From an uncultured Chloroflexia bacterium (lineage in GTDB: Bacteria > Chloroflexota > Anaerolineae > CG2-30-64-16): DNA of 64,000 nucleotides. How positions within the stretch are numbered: position 1 is the stretch's first letter; every line of letters starts with the position of its first letter. Below are positions 20,550-28,944 of the stretch, in pieces. The DNA is taken from contig CAWEMM010000012.1 of assembly GCA_963810095.1 (NCBI GenBank), positions 608,001 through 672,000 on the forward strand. The letters are read 5' to 3'. Below the pieces are notes generated by a model. It ran no database searches. It was not told the DNA's origin and saw nothing but the letters and a program-made list of their open reading frames with translations. A program made the translations under genes and the position numbers.

Positions 20550-22117
20550 TCGCTGCTCTCCAAAGGGGCCGCATCCGCTAGCCCGGATAAGGCATCCTGA
20601 GCGGAGCGACCGCCCGCAGGCGGAAGCGCAGCCGAAGGATGGTTGTCCTGCTCGAAAACATCCGCATCCTTCGACTCCGGCTCGTCCCTTCGGGACGGCC
20701 TCCGCTCAGGATGCTTGGAATCCGCTAGCCCGGATGAAGCATCCTGGGCGGGCGGCTGCAGGGCAGACGAAGCAGTCGAAGGACGCAGGCCGTCCAGCCG
20801 CATCTCCGCTGCTGCCGCGTGGGCCGTCAGCCCTTCGCCGCGCGCCAGGATCGCCGCCTGTGCCGACAATTTAGCGCCGGCTTCTTTCGTCAGCGCCACC
20901 AGGTTAATCCGCTTCACGAAATCAGCGACGCTGAGGGGGCTGGCGTAGCGGGCGCTGCCTTCGGTCGGCATGACGTGGCTGGGGCCCGCCACGTAATCGC
21001 CCAGCACCTCAAACGAGTGCTCGCCGACGAACACCCCGCCCGCGTTGCGAACCCGGCCCACCAACGACCAGGGGTCCTTCACAAGAAGGCAAAGATGCTC
21101 GGCCGCGTAAGCATTGGCTAGGTCGAGCGCCTCATCCAGGCCCGCAGTCAGGACGATGCCGCCCCGGTCGCCCAGTGACGCCGCGGCGATGTCGGCCCGG
21201 CTGAGCGTCTCCAGCTGCCGCCCCAGCTCGACCGCAACCGCCTCGGCCATCTTACGTGAAGGGGTCAGCAGGATGGGTGAGGCCAGCACGTCGTGTTCCG
21301 CCTGCGCCAGCAAGTCGGCCGCGGCCCACGCGGGGTCGGCCGACTCGTCGGCAATGACCATCGTCTCGGTCGGGCCGTAAAAGCCGTCGATCCCAACTGC
21401 GCCGATCACCTGACGCTTGGCCAGCGTGATGAACAGTCCGCCCGCGCCCACGATCTTGTCCACGGCCGGGACCGTCTCGGTGCCGTACGCCATGGCCCCA
21501 ATCGCCTGTGCCCCGCCGAGTGCGAAGAGCCGGTCGACCGCTGCGACGTGGGCTGCGGCCAGGATCAAGTCATGGATCTTGCCGTGCTTATCGGGCGGCG
21601 TACAGACGATGACCGTCGCCACGCCGGCCACCCGCGCCGGGATGGCCGACATGAGCAGCGACGAAGGCAAGGGGGCCGTCCCGCCGGGCACATAGACCCC
21701 GGCCCGGTCGAGCGGCCGGATCAGCTGGCCCAACGCGCCGTCCGGTCCGGCATCGATCCAGGAGCCGACCGGCTGCTTGCGGTGGAAGGCCGCGACGCGC
21801 TCGGCAGCGAACTCGAGTGCGTCGCGCTCCGCGACTTCGAGCCGTTCGTACGCCGCCCGCCACTCGCGCTGCGGGACCTCGAACGAGGCATCGCCATTCC
21901 CGTCTATGCGCTGCGACCACTCGACCACCGCGGCATCCCCCCGCCGGCGGATATCGCGCAGCACCCGGCCGACGGCTTCCTGCGCCGAAATGCGTTCGCC
22001 GAAGATCCGCTCGATGCCGTCGAGGACGCGCGCGGGCAGCGCCTGGTCTTCCCAGGGCTGCCGGCGGAGAATAGTGCGCCGGGCCTCGGCGCTGTCATAA
22101 ATCCGTACGACGCTCAT
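20546..22117 (-). CDS. hisD: Histidinol dehydrogenase with ~80-aa repeat-derived C-terminal extension
   Basis: [36 protein letters not shown]. Confidence 0.95.
   Translation of the reverse strand: MSVVRIYDSAEARRTILRRQPWEDQALPARVLDGIERIFGERISAQEAVGRVLRDIRRRGDAAVVEWSQRIDGNGDASFEVPQREWRAAYERLEVAERDALEFAAERVAAFHRKQPVGSWIDAGPDGALGQLIRPLDRAGVYVPGGTAPLPSSLLMSAIPARVAGVATVIVCTPPDKHGKIHDLILAAAHVAAVDRLFALGGAQAIGAMAYGTETVPAVDKIVGAGGLFITLAKRQVIGAVGIDGFYGPTETMVIADESADPAWAAADLLAQAEHDVLASPILLTPSRKMAEAVAVELGRQLETLSRADIAAASLGDRGGIVLTAGLDEALDLANAYAAEHLCLLVKDPWSLVGRVRNAGGVFVGEHSFEVLGDYVAGPSHVMPTEGSARYASPLSVADFVKRINLVALTKEAGAKLSAQAAILARGEGLTAHAAAAEMRLDGLRPSTASSALQPPAQDASSGLADSKHPERRPSRRDEPESKDADVFEQDNHPSAALPPAGGRSAQDALSGLADAAPLESSE
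20573..20787. repeat. BIME-like cluster of three alternating catcctgagc...cgaagga palindromic units (family F)
   Basis: Units at about 20591-20642 (+), 20664-20714 (-) and 20739-20787 (+); spacer atccgctagcccggat occurs twice. Confidence 0.8.
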
Positions 22118-22147
22118 CTACAACTCCAATGTCCTTTTACTCAAGCA

Positions 22148-22249
22148 GAATAGAACGCTGATCAGACTGATTGGACATGATCTACGCAGATTCGGTTTGA
22201 AACAAGATCATGAAAATCATGTTCAATCTGCGTCATCGGCGTCCTATTC
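22148..22249. repeat. ~100-bp palindromic repeat, family B
   Basis: gaatagaacgctgat...aatctgcgtcatcggcgtcctattc; relatives at 47808, 55097, 60294 and 62761. Confidence 0.75.
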
Positions 22250-22930
22250 CCTCGTCACCCCTGCCAGCGCGTCGATCAGGCCGCGCACTGGCTCTGCCTT
22301 GAGCCGGTAACTGGCCCGGTTGGCGATCAGCACCGCCTGGCTCTCCAGGATTACGCGCAGCTCGGCCAAACCGTTCTCGCGCAAAGTCACGCCTGTCTGC
22401 ACCAGGTCGACGATCAAATCGGCCAGCCCCACCAGCGGTGCGAGCTCGACCGAGCCCGACATGAAGATGATCTCGGGCGCAATGCCGCGCTGGCGGAAGA
22501 AGGCTTCCGTCAGGCGGGGAAACTTGGTGGCCACCCGTGGGCTGCGCTCGAGGCGCAGGGGTTTATCGGGACGATCGTTCGGGCCCGCGACGACCAGGCG
22601 GCAGTGCCCGAAGGGGAGAAGCAGCGGTTCATACACGTCGCGCTTCGCCTCGCGCAGCACGTCCAGCCCGGCGATGCCAACATCGGCCGCGCCGTACTCG
22701 ACAAAGATCGGAACGTCGGATGGCTTGGCGAGAATGAAGCGGAGCCGGCCGTCCGCCGAGTCGAGCACCAGCTTACGCCCGGCGGCGCCGGATGCATCGC
22801 CGTTCGCCGGGATTGCATAGCCGGCCCGTCCCAGGTACGCCATCCCGTCATCGGTCAAGCGGCCCTTGGGCATGGCGATGGTCAGAGGGCCCGGGCCGGT
22901 TGCAGGCAAGCCGCTCATGAGCGCAGCCAT
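22244..22930 (-). CDS. hisG: ATP phosphoribosyltransferase, short form
   Basis: IAMPKGRL, VEYGAADVGIAGLD, VATKFP, GSVELAP. Confidence 0.95.
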   Translation of the reverse strand: MAALMSGLPATGPGPLTIAMPKGRLTDDGMAYLGRAGYAIPANGDASGAAGRKLVLDSADGRLRFILAKPSDVPIFVEYGAADVGIAGLDVLREAKRDVYEPLLLPFGHCRLVVAGPNDRPDKPLRLERSPRVATKFPRLTEAFFRQRGIAPEIIFMSGSVELAPLVGLADLIVDLVQTGVTLRENGLAELRVILESQAVLIANRASYRLKAEPVRGLIDALAGVTRE

Positions 22931-24276
22931 GCTTCCACCTCTCCCCAGGCGCCTGCCGGGAACACCCGCTCGCCGTGGACGTCGCGCGCCAGCAGGTTGC
23001 CGTTGCGATGCAGAACGATCCGGGGCGTCCCCGTGGCCTGCGCCTGCTCCCACAGCGGACCCGGCTCGGAGTCGGCCAGGTCGAGCACGACGGTGAGGCC
23101 CAATTCCCGGGCCGCGCTGGCCCAAGCCAGGCAGTCTGGGCAGCCGTTTGGCGAAAGGACAACGTGCGCGGCGGGCGCCTGCTGCCGGAAACCCTGCAGC
23201 TCGCGGGCCAGGAGGATGCGGTCGAGGGTCAGCGCCCAGCCGACCGCGGGGAATGGGGGGCCGAAGTGCCCGATCAGATCGTCGTAGCGGCCGCCCGAGA
23301 TGAGGCTGAAGCCGATGCCTGGCGCGAAGCCCTCGAATGTGACGCCGGTGTAGTAGTCCAGGTCGCGCACCTCAGCCAGGTCATACGCCACCGCGCCGTC
23401 CGCGCCATTGGCTCCGCCGTAAGCGGCCAGATGCCGGCTTACGGCCGCCAGCTCGGCCAGCGCAGCCATCATCGGCGCGTTCAGGCAGTAGGTTTCGGCC
23501 TCGGCCAACACACTCGCGTCGCCCGCGAGCCGGGGGAGGGCCAGCACCGCCCGGCGGACCATGGGTGGGAGGTTTGGCGTCTCGGCCAACAGGGTTTCCA
23601 GTTCCGCCTCCGACTTACGGTCCACCGCGGAGCGCAGACGCTGCTCCGCCCGCTCGGGCAGGCCGAGCGCGAGCAGCAGGCCGCGGAAGAACCCGATGTG
23701 ACCCACCGTGATGCGAAAGCCGGGCAGGCCCACCGCCCGGAGCGCCGCGACGGCCAAGGCGATCGCCTCCGCGTCGGCCGCGCTGCCTGCCGCACCGATC
23801 AACTCGACGCCGGCCTGGGTGAACTCGTGCTGGCGGCCGGCCCGGGGCGGCTCGTGACGGAAGACGCTGCCCGCATACGCCACCCGCAGGGGCATCGGCT
23901 GGTCATACAGCCGTGTCGCCACCACCCGGGCGGTGGGGATGGTCAGGTCGGGGCGCAGCGCCAGCGTGCGGCCGTGCCGGTCGAAGAAGCGATACATCTC
24001 TGCGTCCAGCGCTGCGCCGACGTTGGTGGCCAGCGTGTCGGCATACTCGAAGGTGGGCAGGACAATCTCCCGATAGCCCCAGGCGGTCCACGTGCGACGC
24101 AGGGCAGCCTCCATGTCGCGCCACGCAGCCGCGTCGGCGAAAAGCAGGTCGCGCACGCCTTCAGGAAGGGTTCCTTCAGGAAGGGGCCCATCCCGGTGGG
24201 TTCCTTCGGGAAGGGGCCCATCGGGATAGGTTCCTTCTTTCAGGGTGTCATCGAGTCGAACAGGTTGCTCGGGCAT
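22915..24276 (-). CDS. hisZ: ATP phosphoribosyltransferase regulatory subunit
   Basis: LPEGVRD, LRPDLT, EFTQAGVELIG, DYYTG, SGGRYD. Confidence 0.93.
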   Translation of the reverse strand: MPEQPVRLDDTLKEGTYPDGPLPEGTHRDGPLPEGTLPEGVRDLLFADAAAWRDMEAALRRTWTAWGYREIVLPTFEYADTLATNVGAALDAEMYRFFDRHGRTLALRPDLTIPTARVVATRLYDQPMPLRVAYAGSVFRHEPPRAGRQHEFTQAGVELIGAAGSAADAEAIALAVAALRAVGLPGFRITVGHIGFFRGLLLALGLPERAEQRLRSAVDRKSEAELETLLAETPNLPPMVRRAVLALPRLAGDASVLAEAETYCLNAPMMAALAELAAVSRHLAAYGGANGADGAVAYDLAEVRDLDYYTGVTFEGFAPGIGFSLISGGRYDDLIGHFGPPFPAVGWALTLDRILLARELQGFRQQAPAAHVVLSPNGCPDCLAWASAARELGLTVVLDLADSEPGPLWEQAQATGTPRIVLHRNGNLLARDVHGERVFPAGAWGEVEAWLRS

Positions 24277-24330
24277 TCGTTTCCCTCTGCTCGTGGGGCG
24301 CCATTGGGCGCACCACCAGAAATGCGTTAA

Positions 24331-24363
24331 CAAAAAAGGACTGGTTTCTTGAGACCAGTCCTT
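24331..24363 (-). terminator. his attenuator terminator
   Basis: Minus strand aaggactggt-ctcaagaa-accagtcctt followed by a T run. Confidence 0.85.
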
Positions 24364-24389
24364 GGGGCAAGCGATAACGAGACGCCGGT

Positions 24390-24437
24390 CTACGCCGTGC
24401 GCCCGCCCCAGTGCGAATGATGATGAATAAATGTCAT
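24390..24437 (-). CDS. hisL: his operon leader peptide MTFIHHHSHWGGRTA
   Basis: 15-residue uORF with 4 His codons between the promoter and the terminator upstream of hisZ. Confidence 0.88.
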   Translation of the reverse strand: MTFIHHHSHWGGRTA

Positions 24438-24446
24438 AACGGCGGG

Positions 24447-24475
24447 AGTCTAGCACAGCGGCGCACGGCTGTCAA
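24447..24475 (-). promoter_or_regulatory. his operon promoter
   Basis: TTGACA-17nt-TAGACT on the minus strand. Confidence 0.8.
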
Positions 24476-24667
24476 AAGCGCGAACGCCTGGTGGCTATGC
24501 TGCAGGTGGGCGCAGGTTGTCGGCTCTTCCCCTTGAGGTCCCCCGCGACGCTTGGCCGCAGTTCCAGTCAGGCGTTACAATTGGCTAATAGACCGCCGTC
24601 GACGCCCTCTCCACCCGCGTCTATCTTGGCCGGGCTCACCGCCCGGTGTTTTCCAAGGAAGGGAAAC

Positions 24668-25426
24668 ATGAAATCCCGTAGCTCCACTCTCGCGCTCTTC
24701 GTCGCCATCCTGCTCTTCACGGCTGCAGTAACCCCTGCGTTTGCCCAGGCGCCTTCGCCCGCCGCGCCTCGTCTCGTCACCGTCTCAGGCGAGGCGCAAG
24801 TCAACGTGGTGCCCGACGAGGTGGTCCTGACACTCGGCGTGGAAACCTCTGACCCGGTGTTGCGGAATGCCAGGAGCTTGAACGACCAGCGGGTCGGGAA
24901 GCTGATAGCCGCGGCGAAGCAGTTCGGAATCGACGCGAAAGACATCCGCACAGATCACATCGGCATCGAGCCCCGCTACCGCTCGAGCTACGAGCAGCGT
25001 GACTTCGTCGGCTATTTCGTGCGCCAAACGATCGTTCTCACGCTCAAGGACGTGGCCAAGTTCGAAGACCTGCTGACTGCGGTGCTGGATGCTGGCGCGA
25101 ACTATGTGCACGGGGTGCAGTTCCGCACGACGGACCTCCGTAAGTACCGGGACCAGGCGCGTTCGCTCGCGATGAAGGCGGCAAAGGAGAAGGCCGCTGC
25201 GCTGGCAGGCGAGCTGGGCCAGACCATCGGGAAGCCGCACTCGATCCAGGAGGATCAGAGCGGGTGGTGGTCAGCCTACAACTCCTGGTGGGCCGGCAGC
25301 GGAGCCAGCATGACTCAGAACGTGATCCAGAGTTCCGGGCAGCCTCCGGCAGACCTTGAGGGATCGCTCGCACCGGGCGAGATCAGCGTGACGGCGAAGG
25401 TAACCGTCAGTTTCGAGATGGAGTAG
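24668..25426 (+). CDS. SIMPL/DUF541 exported protein
   Basis: Signal peptide, VTVSGEAQVNVVPD, AKEKAAALA, PGEISVTAKVTVSF. Confidence 0.9.
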   Translation: MKSRSSTLALFVAILLFTAAVTPAFAQAPSPAAPRLVTVSGEAQVNVVPDEVVLTLGVETSDPVLRNARSLNDQRVGKLIAAAKQFGIDAKDIRTDHIGIEPRYRSSYEQRDFVGYFVRQTIVLTLKDVAKFEDLLTAVLDAGANYVHGVQFRTTDLRKYRDQARSLAMKAAKEKAAALAGELGQTIGKPHSIQEDQSGWWSAYNSWWAGSGASMTQNVIQSSGQPPADLEGSLAPGEISVTAKVTVSFEME

Positions 25427-25506
25427 GGGCGTTCGGGAGGGGTAGAGAGGCTCTTCGCCTGGCGCTGGCCGTCCGGTGCCCGCGTCAACAAGAACAACGC
25501 CGCCCG

Positions 25507-26481
25507 CTAGCGCTTCCTCGCCGGCAGCACATAGGGATATGGCCGCCCCCTGAGAAAACACAGCCGGCGGTCGACCCGGCGCAGAAAGAGGTACGTGCGC
25601 CAGATAAACGCGTCCCAGCGATGAAAGCGCTTCACCTCCTCGATCGTAACCGGCTGGAAGTGATGCTCGCGGCGCTCGGCCAGAAAGTACCAGTTGATCG
25701 TGTCGATGATGCCCGAGGCCAGCTCTTCGCGGCCCTCGTCGTAGAACCGGCTGACCAGGTGGATGGCGACCCGGCGGAAGTCATAGAAGCGCCCGAGAAT
25801 CTCGGGCAGGACGGTACGCCGGATCACGGGCAGGAGGGGCGAGGGTGCGCCGCGCAGGAAGACCTCGGTATCGAGTTGCTCCTGCCCGCGACGCCGCACC
25901 AGCGGCGTATTGGTGTCGAGGAAAGCCAGCCGGAAGCGCTCGGGCAGGCCGCCGCGTTCCGCGTCGTAACCCACGATCGCCCAGTTGGCAAGCTCGCCGT
26001 CGAGCCCCAACTCCAGGTCGCCCTGGTGCGTCCGGTTAAGGTCGAACACCTTGGCGGTCTCGGCCAGCACCCCCATTACCAGGCGGCCCACGTCGGGCGG
26101 CGACATCCGGTAGGTCGCCATGTGGCAAAGCGAGTCCTCGGGCAGCAACTCCTGGACGATATAGACGACCATCCGGCGGCGCGAGGCATCGGGCAAGTGG
26201 ATCGTGGACGTGCCGGCCACTTTCAAGCCGGCCCTTTCGCCCAGGGTCTTCACGTAGCGCCGGTGCAGGATCTCGAATTGGCCCGCCTCATCCTCATTCA
26301 GGAAGAAGGGCAGCCGTTTGTAGACGAGCGCAGGCCCGCTCTGGCCGCCAATGGTCAGCACGGTGCTGAGGTCGCCGTAGTCGAGCACGCGGGCCGGCAC
26401 GGCGCCGCGTTCGGGGCGGCGCGGGTCAAGGCCCGCCTCGAAGCGAGACAGTAATTGAAAGTCGACGGTCGGGCCGGTCAT
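25507..26481 (-). CDS. DUF6206-like hypothetical protein
   Basis: FEAGLDP...YGDLSTV...YKRLP and GLDGELANW pattern. Confidence 0.6.
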   Translation of the reverse strand: MTGPTVDFQLLSRFEAGLDPRRPERGAVPARVLDYGDLSTVLTIGGQSGPALVYKRLPFFLNEDEAGQFEILHRRYVKTLGERAGLKVAGTSTIHLPDASRRRMVVYIVQELLPEDSLCHMATYRMSPPDVGRLVMGVLAETAKVFDLNRTHQGDLELGLDGELANWAIVGYDAERGGLPERFRLAFLDTNTPLVRRRGQEQLDTEVFLRGAPSPLLPVIRRTVLPEILGRFYDFRRVAIHLVSRFYDEGREELASGIIDTINWYFLAERREHHFQPVTIEEVKRFHRWDAFIWRTYLFLRRVDRRLCFLRGRPYPYVLPARKR

Positions 26482-26690
26482 GGTCGGTGAGCCTGCAACA
26501 CAAGGACCTCGTGACGCAACGGGCTGTCAACGAGATTCGGCCTGAGAGTCTATCCGCAGATGCTCTGGCCGGTCTCGTACGCGAGCGAAGCCGGCGCCCG
26601 GTCCACAGGGGCACGGTCAGAGACCGGCCCCAGCTAATCCTCGGATAGATACTTAGTGTCTCCGTGTCGTTGTGGTGAGACAGCCTGCTG

Positions 26691-27584
26691 TTACTGCAGG
26701 AAGTGCGGTCGCACCTGGCGGACGACGTCGAGCGACGCCACCGCTTCGGGCACGGTCAGTTCAAACACCAGCGGTCCGGCGTAGCCGCCGGCCTGCAGCC
26801 TGTCGAGGAAGCGGCCAAGATCGAGGTCGCCCTTGCCCAGCGCCTGGTGATCTTTGCCGTAGACGATGTCAGTTCCAGGCGCCCACCGGGGCGAGTCGTG
26901 CAGATGCACGTTGGCCAGCCGCGGCAGCAGCTTGTCGAGCGTGTCGAAAAGATCGACCGGGCCGGCAAAGCCCGAGAGGACGTGCCCCGTGTCGAGCGTG
27001 TACGACAGTCCGAGCCCTTCGACCATCTCCATCGTCAGTTCGAGCGGGAACTCCACCGTTTCCACCGCCAGCTTGCGCGGCGCGACCCCGGTTTCGCCGA
27101 GCAGAGCCTTAAGGCTTTCCGTCGCCCGGCCTTGGAACTGCTTGAGGATGACGTAGCGCGCCATCTCGGGGAGCCGCATGCGGTAGAACTCGGCCGCCAG
27201 CGATCCGGTGGAGTGGACGACGTATGCTTCCACATCCAGGGGCAGCGTGGCCTTGAGCACTTGAGCCATCGCGGCGACCGACCCGGCCCTCACGGGTTCG
27301 AGCAGCGCGGCAGGCTCGACCGACCACAAGGGCAGGTGCACGGTGTAGGACAGTCCAACCTCGGCCTTCAGCGCCGCGAGCTTCTCGATCGCCGCCGGCG
27401 CGTAGGTGTGCGGCATGAACATCACGAGGTCGCCGCCCAGCTCGACCGGACTAAAGCCGTAGCCGTGCAGCTGCCGCACCAAGCCGGCATGATCAAACCC
27501 GGCCACGTGCGCGGGTATCTGGTTTGGCGCGACGCCTTGCGGGACCAGTGCGCCGAGTTGCATGGCCATGATGCCGAAACGCAT
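26691..27584 (-). CDS. TIM-barrel sugar-phosphate isomerase/AP endonuclease 2 family protein (CbiR-like)
   Basis: YTVHLPL, VVH, AVET, LDTGH, VHLHD, DHQALG, LVFE metal-binding motifs. Confidence 0.75.
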   Translation of the reverse strand: MRFGIMAMQLGALVPQGVAPNQIPAHVAGFDHAGLVRQLHGYGFSPVELGGDLVMFMPHTYAPAAIEKLAALKAEVGLSYTVHLPLWSVEPAALLEPVRAGSVAAMAQVLKATLPLDVEAYVVHSTGSLAAEFYRMRLPEMARYVILKQFQGRATESLKALLGETGVAPRKLAVETVEFPLELTMEMVEGLGLSYTLDTGHVLSGFAGPVDLFDTLDKLLPRLANVHLHDSPRWAPGTDIVYGKDHQALGKGDLDLGRFLDRLQAGGYAGPLVFELTVPEAVASLDVVRQVRPHFLQ

Positions 27585-27803
27585 TGCTGTGCTCCTGTGT
27601 GCATCGGCGCGGCATCCTCCTGAGAGGAGCCGGCAGGATGGAAGCATTATAGCACAGGGCGCGTACCGATCGCGACCGCCATCCCTCGCTGGCTGGAATG
27701 GCAGGGCGGTCGCCAAAACGCGGCCGCCGGCGTCATGGCCGTTCGCGTTGAGGTGTAACGGGGGTTACACCGGCCGGCGGCCGCCAGGACTATAATAAAC
27801 AAC

Positions 27804-27863
27804 ATGGTTTATAAAGTGGACTCGGACATCTTCCAGTGCTTCTGTATGAGGCGAGGGCGCTAG
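27804..27863 (+). CDS. Putative leaderless leader peptide MVYKVDSDIFQCFCMRRGR
   Basis: ATG 7 nt after TATAAT (27791-27796); followed by alternative hairpins and a terminator-like stem. Confidence 0.6.
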   Translation: MVYKVDSDIFQCFCMRRGR

Positions 27864-27899
27864 CCGCACTCGTCTTCTCCTGGTTTATTCACGGATGAG

Positions 27900-27947
27900 A
27901 ACGGCGGCGGCGTCCTCGCTTGATGCGGGCAGCCGTCGTTTTGCTTT
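27900..27947 (+). terminator. Putative attenuator hairpin upstream of the DUF4395 gene
   Basis: aacggcggc...gccgtcgtt followed by ttgcttt. Confidence 0.55.
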
Positions 27948-28093
27948 AACGTCTCGGCTTTTCACCACAAGCACATCCTGTGGCGTGCCGGCCGCCAAGC
28001 GCTCATTCGGGGGCCTCGTCTCGCGTAGCGCCTCCAACGGACACCCTTCGTGCCTTTGTGGATGAAACGCCATCCTTCGGAAAGGTCTTTCTC

Positions 28094-28543
28094 ATGGAAC
28101 TTCGTCAAGTTGACCATTCGGCCCTGCGGGTCACGCAGGTCTTCACGATCAGCCTGCTGCTGATTGCCTTTGTGCTCGATGCACCGTGGCTGGCGGCGGT
28201 CACAGCCTTTTTGAACGGGGTTGCCGCGCTCAACCCTGCGCTCAGCCTGCCTCGGCGCTTCTACCTCGACGTCCTGCGGCCCGCCGGCCTCGTTAAGCCG
28301 CAAGTGATGGAGGATAACCCTGAGCCGCACCGTTTCGCCCAGGGCCTTGGCGCCGTCTTCGTCACCACGGGCGTGCTGCTCGTCTTGGCCGGCTTAGGCA
28401 TTGGGTGGGCGCTGGTCTGGCTCGTAATCGGGCTGGCCGCGCTGAACCTCTTCGTAGGTTTCTGCGCCGGTTGCTTCATGTACTACCAGTTTAACCGGCT
28501 CGGCGTGCCCGGCTTTCGCCGCAGCCCCCTGAAGCGAGGTTGA
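28094..28543 (+). CDS. DUF4395 family membrane protein
   Basis: PHRFAQGLG and LNLFVGFCAGCFMY. Confidence 0.88.
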   Translation: MELRQVDHSALRVTQVFTISLLLIAFVLDAPWLAAVTAFLNGVAALNPALSLPRRFYLDVLRPAGLVKPQVMEDNPEPHRFAQGLGAVFVTTGVLLVLAGLGIGWALVWLVIGLAALNLFVGFCAGCFMYYQFNRLGVPGFRRSPLKRG

Positions 28544-28926
28544 CCATGGTGGAGCGGCTGTTCGTTGCGATCGTCGTCATCTCCGTTGGAGTGGGCGCAT
28601 ACCTCCTGCTCCAGGCCTGGCAGCGGTCGCGTGCCACAGCGGCGTTTCAGGCGAGCGGCAGGCCGACCGTGCTCTACTTCCGCAGCGACGTCTGCGCGCC
28701 GTGCGTCATGCAGGCGCGCTTCCTGGAACAGGTCCGAGTCCAGTTCGGCGACCGGGTTGCGATCGAGAAGATCGATGCGGACGCGGAGCGCGAGCGGGCA
28801 GACCGCTTCGGCGTTTTCACGCTCCCGACCACGCTCGTCATCGACGGCGCGGGCCGCGTGCGCCACGCGAACTATGGCCTGACGGAGCCGGCCAAGCTCG
28901 CGTCGCAGCTACACGACGTGGGGTAG
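28540..28926 (+). CDS. Membrane-anchored thioredoxin-family protein (ThiX-like)
   Basis: N-terminal transmembrane helix, CAPC motif, FGVFTLPT. Confidence 0.85.
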   Translation: MTMVERLFVAIVVISVGVGAYLLLQAWQRSRATAAFQASGRPTVLYFRSDVCAPCVMQARFLEQVRVQFGDRVAIEKIDADAERERADRFGVFTLPTTLVIDGAGRVRHANYGLTEPAKLASQLHDVG

Positions 28927-28944
28927 CTTCGGTCGCCCGATCAC

